Shown here piece by piece: positions 48,795 through 61,779 of a stretch of DNA of 64,000 nt; positions within the stretch are counted from its first letter, which is position 1, and every line of letters starts with the position of its first letter. The DNA is taken from assembly GCA_977017645.1 (NCBI GenBank), contig OZ360236.1:21204001-21268000 (forward strand), read 5' to 3'. Both the position numbers and the translations under genes were made by a program. The notes under the pieces are model-generated. The model searched no databases. It was not told the origin of the DNA and saw only the letters and a list, made by a program, of their open reading frames with translations. Origin of the DNA: Torpedo marmorata (Eukaryota).

Positions 48795-51700
48795 TCAAAT
48801 CCTTAAACCCACAGCTCTCATATATGGGCTCCAAATTTTCAAAAAGAAATGATATTTATTACGTAGATTATAAGTAATTTTTTCCAGTGGTATACACGAA
48901 CGGAGCTCTGCATGCCATCTTTCTAATCCTAAATCTAAGTCAGATTTCCAAGTAATAGCAATGCATTTTTTCGAAACTGCTAAAGCAATTCGTAAAAATT
49001 CTACTTGAAACATATTTAATTTCTTTTTAATACTAAATTTTCTAATATCTCCAAATAAAAATAACATAGGATTCATTGGAAATGTAATATTAAATACTTT
49101 ACCTAAATTTTTTTTAACTTTCAACCAAAAATCTTGAATCTTTGGACAAAACCATGTAGAATGTACAAAAGAACCTTCCTCATTATTACATCTAAAACAT
49201 AAACCTGATAATGTCGGATTAAATTTCTTTAATTTTTTAGGTGTTAAATATAATTGATGAAAAAAATTATATTGTACTAATCTATATCTAACATTGAGAA
49301 TCTTCGTCATACTTAATTTTCATAATTCTTTCCAATGATTTTCATCTATTCTTACATTCAAATCTGTTTCCCAATTTAATCTTGATTTATGAATTCCTAC
49401 TTTAGGCATTTTCTTCTGAAACAATTTATACATTTGAGAAATAAATTTATTAACTTCTCCATTGGTGACTAATAATTCTAATTCATTTTGTCTTGGTAAA
49501 ATCAAAGCATGACCTAATTTCTCAATTAAAAAAGCTTTAACTTGATAATAAGCTAAAAATGTATTATCTAATATATTAAATTTATCTTTCATTCTTTGAA
49601 ACGTGATAAATCTTCCAGCTTCAAAACAATCATTAATCTTCTTAATACCTTTTTGAAACCAAATTTTAAATAATTGATTATTAATAGTAAATGGAATAAG
49701 TCCATTTTGATATAAAGGCATATTTGAAGAAATTAATCCTCTTCCACCTATCTCTTTATCCGTCTTACCCCATATTTCTAACAAATGTTTAATAATTGGT
49801 GAATTTTTCTTTTTTACTGATATTAATTTAGAATCCCATTTATAAATAATCTCTTCTTTAAAGTTTTCTCCTATATTATTTAATTCTATTTTAATCCAAG
49901 CCGAAGTTTTATTTGGATCGAAAAATTCATTAACAAATTTTAATTGAGCTGCTTTATAATAATTTTGAAAATTAGGAAGTTGCAATCCCCCCAACTCATA
50001 ATTCCAAGTTAACTTTTCCATACTTACTCTTGCTAACTTTCCTTTCCACAAAAATTTCCTAACAATAAAATTTAAATCTTTAAAAATTTTTTGAGGGATT
50101 CCAAAAGGAATTGATTGAAAAAGATATTGAACTCTTGGGAAAATATTCATTTTAATACAATTTACCCTTCCCATTAAAGTTATGGGTAAATCTTTCCAAT
50201 TCTCTAAATCTTTCTTTATTTTCACAAATAATGGTAAATAATTTAATTTATATAAATTTTCCAATTTTGTATCAACCTTAACCCCTAAATATTTAATTCC
50301 CTCTTTAGCCCATTTAAATTGTGTTATTTCTTTACATCTAGTATAATCACCTTGAGATAAAGCCATTATTTCACTCTTATCTGAATTAATTTTATATCCA
50401 GATATTTCACCATATTCTCTTAGTATAATAGATAATTGTTGAAGTGACATAATAGATTTTGTCATATATATCAATACATCATCTGCAAACAAACTAATCT
50501 TATGTTCTTCCCTACCAACTTTAATACCCACTATTTTAGGATCTTTTCTAACTAATTCAGCCAAAGATTCTATTGCCAAAACAAATAATGCTGGTGATAG
50601 GGGACATCCCTGTCTCGTAGATCGTGTCAAAGAAAATTTTGGCGATATTTGTCCATTTGTGATCACTTTAGCTGATGGTTCTTTATATATAGTTTTAATC
50701 CAATTTATAAATATATTACCAAAACCAAATTTTTCTAATACCTTAAATAAAAAATTCCATTCTAATCTATCAAAAGCCTTTTCAGCATCTAATGTTACAA
50801 CTAATGGTAGATCTTCCTTCTTTTTATGCAAACCAATTAAACTAATTAATCTAGCTATATTATCCTTTGAATATCTATTTTTAATAAAACCAGCTTGATC
50901 TAAGTGTATCAAATCTGGTAGATATTTAGCCATTCTATTTGCTAAAATTTTTGCCATTATTTTATAATCTACATTTAATAATGAAATAGGTCTATATGAT
51001 TCAGTTTTTAATACATCTCTATCTTTCTTTGGTATAACTGTAATTATAGCATTTAGAAATGTTTTCGGTAATAAATGAGTTTCCGTAATTTGATCTAATA
51101 CTTCCATATATGGAGGTATTAATAAATCTTTAAATTCTTTATAAAATTCTGATGAAAACCCATCATCACCCAGAGATTTACCATTCTTCAACGATGAAAA
51201 AACTTCACTGACTTCTCTCATTGTAAAGGTAAGTCTAAAGAATCTCTACTCCGGTCATTCAATTTAGGTAATGTAATTTTAGATAAAAATCTATTAATTG
51301 TAGAATCATCTTGATCAATCTGTGATCTATATAAATTCTGATAATAATCTTTAAAAGATTCATTTATCTCTTGAGGTTTATAAGTTATTTCTCCAGTATT
51401 CTTCTTCCTTATAGCGTTTATAGTTTTAGAAACTTGTTCTTTTTTCAATTGCCATGCCAAAACCTTATGGGCTCTTTCTCCTAATTCGTAATATCTTTGT
51501 TTAGTTTTCTCAATTAATTTTTCCATTTTATATGTTTGCAACAAATTATAATGTAGTTTCTTCCTTATTAAACAATTTCTTTTTTGAATTGATCTATTTC
51601 TCTGTAAAACTTTTTCCATAAATTCAATCTCCTTCTCTAATTTTTCTGATTCTCTAAGATAATCTTTCTTAATTTTAACTGAATAACTTATTATTAAACC

Positions 51701-53444
51701 CTTTAAATAAGCTTTTAAAGCTTCCCATACTATAAATTTATCATTAGTAGAGTTAGCATTTATTCGTAAAAATTCTTGAATTTCTCTTCTTATATATTCA
51801 CAAAAATCTTTCCTTTTTAATAACGATGAGTCAAACCTCCAATTATATATAGTTTTTTCTCTTTCCGGGATTATACAAGACAATAACAAAGGTGAATGAT
51901 CAGAAATTACCCTCGCTTTATAAGATACTTGCAATATTCTATCTTGAACTTGTGATGATAATAGAAATAAATCTATTCTAGAATATGAATCATGTCTAAA
52001 CGAATAAAATGAATAATCTTTTTCCCTAGGATTCAGTCTCCTCCAAATATCTATTAAATTTAAATCTTTCATCAAACTAAGAACTTTTTTCACAATTTTT
52101 TTTTTTTTTTTAAAAATAATTTTATTTAAATTTTAAAATCACAAAATACATAAATCAAAAATACTATATCATTCCAAATACATGTGATATATTTCCCCCC
52201 CCTCCCACCCACCCCTCCCCAACCCCCCCAGCACTATTCTAAAAAAAAAAAAAAAAAAATAGTTATAAAGAAAAAAAAAGAAAAGAATTGAATAATAAAG
52301 AATTAAAGAATTAGAGTGAGGAGAAAACAAATTACAAGCTAATTCTATTTATATATTGGAGGTTAGTTTTGCCAGCGGCACCGACTTCTAGAGAATTAAT
52401 TTATACCCATAATTCTCATATATGGGCTCCAAATTTTCAAAAAGAAATGGTATTTATTACGTAAATTATATGTAATTTTTTCCAATGGTATACAAGAACG
52501 TAATTCTGCATGTAATCTATCTAAATTCAAATCTAAATCTGATTTCCAAGTAATAGCAATACATTTTTTTGAAACCGCTAAAACAATTCGCAAAAATTCT
52601 ATTTGATACATATTCAATCTATTTCTAATACTAAATTTTTTAATATCTCCAAATAAAAATAACATAGGGTCCATTGGAACCGTAATATTAAAAATTCTAT
52701 CCAAAAAAATCTTTAACTTTAGACCAAAAGTCTTGAATTTTTAAACATGACCATGTACAGTGTACAAAAGAACCTATTTCATCCTTACATCTAAAACACA
52801 TATCTGATAATGCAGGATTAAATTTCTTTAATTTTTTAGGTGTTAAATATAATTGATGAAAAAAATTATATTGTACTAATCTATACCTAACATTAATAAT
52901 TTTAGTCATACTCAATTTACATAAATCTTTCCAATGTTTTTACTTTTTTCACAATTTTAGGTCTAACAGATGATCTTGAAGTTCTATCCATTATTGAATC
53001 TAAACAACAATTGAAGTCTCCCCCAATTAAAATATTCTCATTAGCATCTGATAAATGTAAAAAGGCATCCTGAATGAACTGCTCATCATCTGGATTTGAC
53101 ACATATAAATTCATAAGCGTCCAAGATTCTGAATAAATTTGACAATGTATCAAAACATATCTTCCTGCTACGTCTGTAATTACCGATTGTATCTTAAAAG
53201 GTAATTTTTTATTAACTAATATAGCTACACCTCTTGCTTTAGAATTAAATGAAGAAGACACCACATGGCCAACCCACTCTCTTTTTAATTTTTGATGTTC
53301 CAAGTCTATCAAATGAGTCTCTTGTAAGAAAGCTATATCTACCTTCAACTTTTTAATATATGGTAAAGTTCTTTTTCGCTTAATTGGATTATTAAGCCCA
53401 TTTATATTTATACTTACTAAATTTATATTTTTACTATCCATCAT
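48795..53444 (-). pseudogene. Disrupted L1 ORF2 (endonuclease-reverse transcriptase)
   Basis: Broken by the nested insert 52100-52941, a frameshift near 51220 and a TGA at 49320-49322 where the sister copy has TGT. Confidence 0.9.
52100..52941 (-). mobile_element. 5'-truncated sister L1 inserted in the host L1 endonuclease domain
   Basis: 17-bp TSD acttttttcacaatttt at 52083-52099 and 52942-52958. Own poly(A) and 3' UTR; peptide parallels 48795..49330. Confidence 0.92.
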
Positions 53445-54439
53445 AATCAAATTGTAACAAATCTCTTTCAATCAAATCCACTGGCTTCCCCCCCCTTGAA
53501 TTGTAAACTAATAAGAGGAAGCAAAAAATCCACCTCCCCCCAACAGATTAATGTAAACTTATACATTATATTTTCAATTAACCGATCCAATGTCCAAATC
53601 TTCTTGTTCATCCTCATTCTGAATCCGAATTCTCTCCTCTCCTGGCAAAAATCCTGGTACAGGAGCTTGCATTTGTTGATCTCCTTGATCTTGCTGACGA
53701 ATTCCTGCTCCATAATATCGACGCAAATTTGGAAGACATTGCGCATGTTTAAAAGCTTGCTGAGGATCCATAAACAAAAGGAAGTCATTTCCATTATTTT
53801 GAATTCTCAATACCGCAGGATACTTAAACGAAAACTTGTATCCTTTCTGCCAAAGCAATGCTTTTGCTGGATTAAATTCTTTACGGCTTTTAACCACCGC
53901 TGGACTTAAATCTGGATAAAAAAGAACTTTATTTCCACCTATCATCATTGAAGCTCCATTATCTCTCACTTTCTGTATTGCTGCTCTTAATATTTTTTCT
54001 CTATCTTGGTATCTCAAACATCTCATCAATACTGGACGTGGTCTCCGATCTACCTGATTACGTTTCCCAATTCTATGTGCTCTTTCCAGCTCCACTGTAT
54101 TATCAAAAGCAAATGTTATCCTCAACCAATCCTGAAAAAATTGAGTTACGTCCAATGTTTCAGTTCCTTCAGGTAATCCTAATATTTTAACATTATTTCT
54201 GCGGCTTTGGTTTTATCTGTTCTTATTCTTGAATCTAACTTAAGCTTGTCTGGTAATAGGCTTGAAGATAGCACCCACGCCCTACAGTAATAAAATATGT
54301 TTTTTCTATAACAATAAATAACAATGTTTTCTCACAATGGCTTTATTTCTCTGGCAGGTCTATGTCTTTTGTTGTTGAAACTTCCAATGGGGAATAATTT
54401 CTCACTCTATGTACCCTGAACTTCTCATTAATTTGAACA

Positions 54440-55416
54440 CTTCTATCACTTCTGTCCTGTGCTGCAAGGCCTACAAGCCCTGATTTTGCATCTCTCCATC
54501 CCAACAACGTTCTACAGGAATACAAAAGGGAGTGTCCTGGCTGGCTGCATCATAGGGTGGTCTGGTGGTTGCAAAGCATCAGATCGGAGATCAGTGCAGA
54601 GGGTGATTAAAACTGCTGAGAAGTTACTGGGGACTCCTTTCCCTCTATCGATGATATCTACAGGGAGCGGTGCTTAAAGAGGGCTCAGAGAATCATTGAG
54701 GACCCTTACCATCCAGCCTGCAGTATCTTTAGCCTCTTTCACACTGGCTAACCAGTAAATTGGCCATTCAGTGTCCCGGTTAAAGAAGCCGTTTTTTGTT
54801 CACACTGGGCCACTGTTAACCGGGACACTGCGTCCTTTCACATTCACCACAAGGCATCCCCGGGGATAGGAGAGTCTACCTTCTACTGGAATCCCTGGAT
54901 AGTAAGTGTCCCTTTCACACTGGGCTAATCGGCACGCAGGCGTCAGATGAAGCCGGGGTTGAGAGTAGGGGCCGAGGCCGTCCATCCCCGGCGTGATTTG
55001 ACGCCGGCATGCTGATTAATTCGCTTTCACACTGGACCCTTAAACGGTAAATCGGCCGTCAATTACTAGGACAAGGTGCCAGTGTGAAAGGGGCTTTTGA
55101 GACACTATCTTCAAGGAAGAGGTACAGGAACATAAAATCCAGGGCTGCCAGGCTGGGAAACAGCTTCTTCCCGCAGGCAGTGAGACTGTTGAACAATTCT
55201 AGAAACCCATAAATTATTTTTATATACCGGTATATTTATTTTGGATCACTCTGTATATACGTATTAGTGTGTAGGGTGTACTGTGTGTCTGTGTGTGTGC
55301 ACTATGGTCCAGAGTTACGCTATTTCGTTGGGTTGTATATGTATATGCATATTTCTCCAGCATTGTGTTTTTACTATGTATATGTACACTCAGATGACAA
55401 TAAACGAACTTGAACT
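54440..55416 (+). mobile_element. Rex1/Babar-type LINE 3' part, interrupted by a MITE
   Basis: FYRNTKGSVLAGCIIGWSG, VQRVIKTAEK, atcattgaggaccc. Tail caataaacgaacttgaac. Confidence 0.82.
54731..55095. mobile_element. PIF/Harbinger-like MITE
   Basis: TIRs agcctctttcacactggc / gccagtgtgaaaggggct with 3-bp TSD ttt. Internal ttcacactgg repeats. Confidence 0.78.
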
Positions 55417-56646
55417 GGCTCTTTTAAAATATCTATACATCAACGGGGCCGCCATGAATTGTCCAGACAATCCTAGTCTTCCTGTACATTTCTTGCATCT
55501 TTTTAAATTCACCTTTCTTCATGGTATTTCTCTTTCAAGCCCCTGAGTTGAGTCCATGGGTTGGCCTGGGGTTCGCCATGGGCACTTGACTATCACCTTT
55601 CCCATCTATCCTACACATGTTATTAATAATATTGCAAACATATTTTGTAGCTACTAACCCCTTACTGCCTTTCCACACCTTCACCTACTTACTAAACAGC
55701 AGTCTCCAGTATGCAATGGGGCATTCCATTTGTGGCTAATCCAGTGTTTTATAAATTCTTGCTCACTTTTGTATTCTATATTTATTAAACCCATCTATTT
55801 ATGTTGCCTTTTTAATTGCTTTCTCAACCTGCTATGGCACTTACAAACATATGTGCACACATCCAGGACTTTCTGCTCCCACAAACCCTTTAATATTGTA
55901 ACTGCTCTTTGTTCTTCCAGCTAAGATATATCATTTTGCAGTCTTCTGTACTGCTACAGCTAGCTATTTCAAGTTTGTATGTAACTCTTGTGCTTAGAAT
56001 ATGCGCAAGAAAGACAGCAGGGACTGGTAAAATAATTCTAAATTAGAAAAAGAAATAATACTTTTGATTTTTTTTTTCCATTTTCACCCATTGCAGTGGG
56101 GGGGGGGGGGACCGAGTTTATACCAAGTTTTATCTTAATTTATATATATATATATACATATGTGATATTGTATTTTCAGTTTCATTCCCTTTTCTTCATT
56201 GTATTGTATTTCTTATAAAAACCAATAAAAAAGATTGAAAAAGAAAGAAAAAAAAAAGCAGAGCCAATAGGAGAACCACGTATTAGATACAGAGCCAGGG
56301 TTCAGTTAGATGTTTGTAACACTACAACATTTGACGTGTTGAAGAAGATAAAAAAAAGACTAAAACAAGATTAATTACAAATTTTAGGATAATATCAGTT
56401 TAAAAAATAGCAAAATGCAGCAAAGCAGAAAAAAAACATGACCAAAAACTAACAGATAAAAAAATCTAAAAATGTCAATGGTCTCAGGAAAAGCAGCTTC
56501 ACGATGAGAAGGTTTTAAATTTAATAATGCTCAAGAAGCTCGTCAAATAGTTATTTTCAGGGAACCACTTGTCCCAACACCAGTAATGAATCCAAAAACG
56601 CTCACTGGTCAGACCTTGCAAAGATTTTTGATGATATCTTCAAGAT

Positions 56647-56901
56647 CAGCCATTCTCAACGGGGGCCATACGCCCCCCCACCACCCACCCTGGGGGGTCC
56701 AAGGCACATTTAAGGGGGGCCATGGACTGAAATCATATTTTTAAAATGTTTTATAGGGTTAGGGTTAGTCAGTGGTCAGCAGTCAGTAAGAGAGAAGAAC
56801 AGAAAACAACTAAACTTGACTGCTTCACAGGGAAGGGGGTCCATAAACTTTGAGCAGAGTCCTAAGTGGGGGCATAGCCAAAAAAAGGTTGAAAATGGCT
56901 G
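56647..56901. mobile_element. hAT-like MITE
   Basis: TIRs cagccattctcaac / gttgaaaatggctg. Family member at 2701. Confidence 0.8.
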
Positions 56902-57655
56902 TGCTAGATGTTTATACTTTACTGACTTTTCAATATTAGTCTTGCCTAACTAGCCAGAATTGTCCATGAATCAAAGCAATACACCCCTGTGTATAAATAT
57001 ATGTGAGAGTTTGTCACATTCATAAGTATAATGTACAGATGCACTGAAATTCTTACTTGCTGTAGCCACACACAGATGCTTAAGATACATCAACATTATA
57101 CATCAAATTACCATAATACACCATGAGACAGAAAAAGAGATGATAAATATAATTGGATAGATGAATAAATGTTCACATTGTCAGTTAGTGCAAAACAAAA
57201 GTGGGGCTTCAATAGTGCAGGAAGATCTTTTGTTGATTGCAACAGGAATCCATGTCATTCCAGCAACACCCATGAACTGCAACTTAAAGACCAACCAACC
57301 AGCTGAACGGCTCTGTTGCAGTGACATTTTATCCTCAGATTCTTCATGGTGTGATACTTTTCTGATACAAGTCCCAATGATTCATAACTATTTTCAAATC
57401 AGTTTAGGAGCTTCGATGAACCTGGTGGAGCTTTGCAATAGTGGGTCTGACATCATTGCAGTTTGCTGCATTCCAAGGGGAGGAGAGGGATACTCACTCA
57501 GAAGCTGAAACGGATGGGAGATGGAACAATGGTCAGGGGGTGGATGGGTGCTGCAGCATCTTAACAACGAAGGGGGCTCATTCTAAAGCAGTTCATTCAA
57601 CAATTGAATGGCGACGTGCCAAGTAAGTGCACTAAACTTCTCCCATTATTCCCAT

Positions 57656-57872
57656 GGGCGGCACTGTGGTTAGCACAATGCTGTTACAGCGCCAGCGACC
57701 CAGGCTCAAAGATTATACGTTCTCACTGTGACTTGCGTGGGTTTCCTCTGGGTGCTCCGGTTTCCTCCCACTCTTCAAAATCATAGGGGGATTGTAGGAT
57801 AATTGGTGTGTTTGAGGGGCAAGGACTCGTGGGCCAGAAGGGTCTGTTACTGTGTTGGATGTCTAAATTTAA
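57656..57872 (+). mobile_element. tRNA-derived V-SINE (HE1-like), diverged
   Basis: gggcggcac..ttacagcgccagcgacc..gggtgctccggtttcctcccac. Confidence 0.82.
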
Positions 57873-57899
57873 AATAACAATGTCAAATAATTATGGGTC

Positions 57900-58220
57900 T
57901 CTCCTTCATAACCAAACTGAGAGAATCTAGAAATGGGTTCATTGCTTAAAGATAAAGGATCACCCATTTCAGACAGCAATAATGACATTTATTTTCTCAG
58001 AGGGCCTTTGGAGCTCTTTTCCTTGAAAGGAGCTGGAAGCAGCAATGTTGAATATTTTTTACAGCTGTGGCAGATAGATTATTGATAAGCAAGGAGTGAA
58101 AAGTTACTGCTGGTATATGCGGAGTTGAGGTCACAATTAGATTACCCATAATCTTATTGAATGGCAAGCAGCCACAATGGACTGAGTAGTCTGCATTTAC
58201 TCCAAATTTATACGTTCATA
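57900..58220 (+). mobile_element. Old CR1 3' end
   Basis: ttttctcagagg, gatagattattgataagcaaggagtgaaaagttac, similar to 700-750. Confidence 0.6.
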
Positions 58221-60352
58221 TCTATGGCTGTTCAAACAGAAGTTCCAATAAACCAATGGGATAATTTTTATTCTAAAATTGCAGTTGTACATAGAAAGCA
58301 ACTCAAACCACAAGTTCAAGTTAAGTTTTTTTTTTTTTTTTTTTAAACAGGATCGTTATTTCGCCATTTAATTGACAACATTAAGCTCATTGTCCACTGA
58401 TTTTCCATTTTTGTTTTTGAGTGAGATTTGCTTTGAGTGTTAGCCGGCAAGGTTGCTTTCCCTGGAGTCTGAAGTCAGAACAACTTGGAACATTTTGTAA
58501 GGCTCAAGGTACTACAGATTGCAAGTTACTGTTGAGAAAGGAAGTAGATTCAATGGCACCCCCTGAGAGGCCAGTGATATCTACAGGAAATCCTTACAGC
58601 TCATTGATGCTGGCAAAGGGTCAGAAATGCAATTGAGGAATGTAATCACAGACAGAATTATCTCAATCAGACTTTGGAAGCTGTCTCTGCTCACTGGATT
58701 CAGGTTGATCTTCAGCCAAAAGCCACAACTGTCATAGAACCGTAGAGCACAGAAACAGAAACTTGGGCCCACTGTAATAACCCTGCTTCACTGATCGCAT
58801 TTCCCTCTTACATTCCCACTACTCACCCATAATGGATGCAATTTACAGCAGTGAATTAGCACAACAATCATCTTTGGCTCATGAGGAAGCTACAATATCA
58901 CAGAGAGAACATACAAACTCCGCACATTCATCACCCAAGGAAAAATCGAATCGGGGTTCTGGGAGCTGTGAAGCGGTCACACTAAACCCTGAACTTCACT
59001 GCACCTTCCTGATGCCTTGTTGCTGCGACTGTTCACCTGAACTGTTACGCTTCCCTGGCCACTGTGCAGGTCACAAAGGAGTTGCCACAAGGTGTTACTG
59101 ATACAAGTCATGAACTCCCCGCAATAACCCACTATTCAACCACATTTGTATAAACCCTTGACTACCTCCGTAGGAGAATATTATTTCCTAATTTATTTCT
59201 TTTGCAAATTGGACCATGGAGATCTGAATCCGCCAGTTTTCTGGTTTCTTATCTGAGGCTTAACATTCTTTCGGCTAAAAACCTGTTTCCTCTTCCATTC
59301 CCAGATCTTCAATCTTACTCATGCAAAGTGCTTCTTGCAATATGCAGCCATTAGCTCCTTGATTACTTCCTTTTGGAATTATTTTCTCTGTGCTAATGTT
59401 GGCGTGAAGGTGAAGTAACATGATGTTAATTTAGTCATGCCAATAAATCATATTCTGGATGTTTCTCTCATATTACTGGAGTAGTTGGTCTCCTCCATAA
59501 GGCATTCCCAATGATGTGAATCACAGAACAGTGGTTACAGTACCATCTCCTCTCAATGTGTGTTAGTTAATGTTGAGACGGGGCAAAATACTGCGTCAGG
59601 CACTTCCCAGTTTGTGCTAGCTTTCACTCATCTCAGCAAGACTAATTTTGCAGTAATCTCACCATTTTCCATTGCCTTTTTGGCTTCCAATAATTTTCAC
59701 CATCCATGAAAACTGAGGACTTTGACTGATCACCTCTGATTCAATTTCTGTGACACTGCTTAATGTTCTAACTATTCCATTAAAGAGAAATAAAAATACC
59801 CAAAGTAATAAGTGAGTAACAAAGGTGTTTCTCAACTGAGTTGTGCATCCATGAGATGAGAAGCAGAGGTGTTTCTTTAAATGAGGTACCTTGAAAACGT
59901 ATGTTTTTCATAGTGATTTGAGTTAAGATGGTGTTCAAATGCTTTCACAAGTTCCCTTTGCATAAGTGAGTTTGCATACATGTGCTAACTAAATATATAT
60001 GCAACAGCTAACAAGGCTAGGAGTGTGTAGAAGGCATGTATTGGATAATGTACTTTGACTTTCCTTGACTCCATTGAGAATCTTTCAGTAGTGCCTTGTT
60101 CATGAGTGGTGAAGGATATACTAACAGCATGTGCTGCCTCATTCCATGAAACTTCAGTTATGTTGTCTCCTGCTCATGATCAAAGAGTCACTCTTTTTGA
60201 GCTGAACTTGATTTTCCTTTTCATTGTCACTCCATATTCAGTAAATTGTGCTCTTTACCCAGCTGCATGAATGCGAGAGATAGCCTATAAGACTGTTTGC
60301 AGAAGAACCCTTCTCCCAGTGCTAGGTATTTTCTGACAAATAAACTTATGTA

Positions 60353-60618
60353 TACTGTATACGCATGTAATTGTCGATACCGTGTAAAAGTCAACCCCCT
60401 ATTTTTGGCCCAAAAATCTGGTATTTTCCATGTATCGCGTGTAAAAGTCGACCCCTCTATTTTTGGCCCTGGCCGCCTGCCCATCCAAGCTCCTGACACC
60501 CCGAACGACGCAGGTACTTACCGCGGTCAAAAGTAGTATGCGTGTAATAGTCGACCCCCTAAATTTTATGCTAAAAATTAGTCCAAAAAATTCAACTATT
60601 ACACGTGTATATACAGTA
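60353..60618. mobile_element. Tc1/mariner (pogo-like) MITE
   Basis: TIRs tactgtatacgcatgtaat / attacacgtgtatatacagta. Internal gtcgacccc repeats shared with the 30660 element. Confidence 0.8.
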
Positions 60619-60689
60619 AACTTAAGAACTTAACTGCAGATTTGGTCATTTGGGTGATTAGGGATTTAAAATGCTGGATCTTTTAAAAA

Positions 60690-61660
60690 AAAATCAAAAC
60701 ATCTTTCTCAGATAACCAGGTGCCCCTAGAACCCACAATAAAACCAAATATGGACAACGAGGAGACACCGCATGTCCTTCACTGCCTCCGCAAAGTGAAC
60801 GTATTCGTTGAGATGTTTCAAGAAAAATAGCACCCGGTGATCCTGAGTTGTCCTCGAAGCAAATGGACACATCCAGGGCAGCTGCCATATTATTTTCGAT
60901 AAATATGACATCCAGAACCCAGCCCGATCTTAAAAAAAACACCGTCTTTTAAAACAGTAAACCCAGCGGCAGAAGCCATAGCACATAAAAGATTTAAAAT
61001 TTCACTGTCTCTGAAAATTCTCCACCTTTTCATGACAGTGCACCATCCAGAAATGTGGCTCAGTGTCTCGCTGACCAAACCGCACCTTCTGCACATCCTG
61101 TCCATCCCTAGTCTGGTGTACTTTTGATGGTATAAGCACTTGTGCACAATAAAATAAATGTAATGAAATAAGATGGTTTAAAATGAGAGTAACCTTTCGT
61201 CCAGTTGTGGACAAGAGCATTGTTCTTGAAGGATGATACCCCTATGTCCTGGTGACCCAGGCTACTCTATGCCTCAAATTCCAAATCCCGCTAATGATTC
61301 CGATTCACTAAAAACCCTGGTTCTACGAAAATCATCCCTAACAATATAGTCTTAACAGAATTTGGACTGCTAAGTAACTAAGCAATAAAATCATTCAAAT
61401 CAATATCAGCAAAGTTAAAACGAGCCCTAATAAGAACGTCATCAGCCTTAAGAAAGCCGTTATATTTGTTAATTATGGTCAGCGAGATGTGGATCTCTAA
61501 TTTTAGATTTGCTAGCCTGCTGCCCCTAATATCCCCAATTCAAGAAGCCACTGTTCAGGCAAATAGGTAGATGTAAATATAATTTAATATAATTTCTTGA
61601 TAATTTTATCTAACCTAACAAAACATTCTGTGAGGCATTATTGAATGTACATAAATAAAA
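60690..61660 (-). mobile_element. Decayed RLE-type (R2/NeSL-like) non-LTR retrotransposon, C-terminal region
   Basis: CRRCGLVSETLSHISGWC..RIFRDSEILNLL (CCHC), then LDVIFIENNMAAALDVSICFE, a PD..D-like restriction-like endonuclease motif. Confidence 0.72.
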
Positions 61661-61779
61661 GAAATGAGAGAAAACTAAGGTCACCTTCCTTTACCCCTCT
61701 TACTAAAGGGATGGATCCAGTTCTACACTAGCCATTATCAATCAAAGTCTCAGCATCAGCATAAAGGTCAGAAACAAGT

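Larger units (their letters stand above)
48516..54214 (-). mobile_element. L1/Tx1-type LINE, near full length, 5'-truncated within ORF1
   Basis: ORF1 remnant 53574..54155. ORF2 has APE (SININGLN, FLQETH, GGDFN, SRIDLF, SDHSP), RT (YRPISLLNVDYK, LDAEKAFD, TRQGCPLSP, LFADD) and a C-terminal CFRC..H..W.C. 14-bp TSD atctgttcttattc at 48502-48515 and 54215-54228. Confidence 0.95.

Noticed and set aside
49320-49322. Programmed TGA readthrough or selenocysteine in L1 ORF2
   Set aside because: The sister copy has TGT at this position and the host copy has other lesions, so a simple nonsense mutation is more likely.
59300-60230. Possible decayed coding or transposase relic
   Set aside because: No motif I could assign with confidence; needs a translated search.
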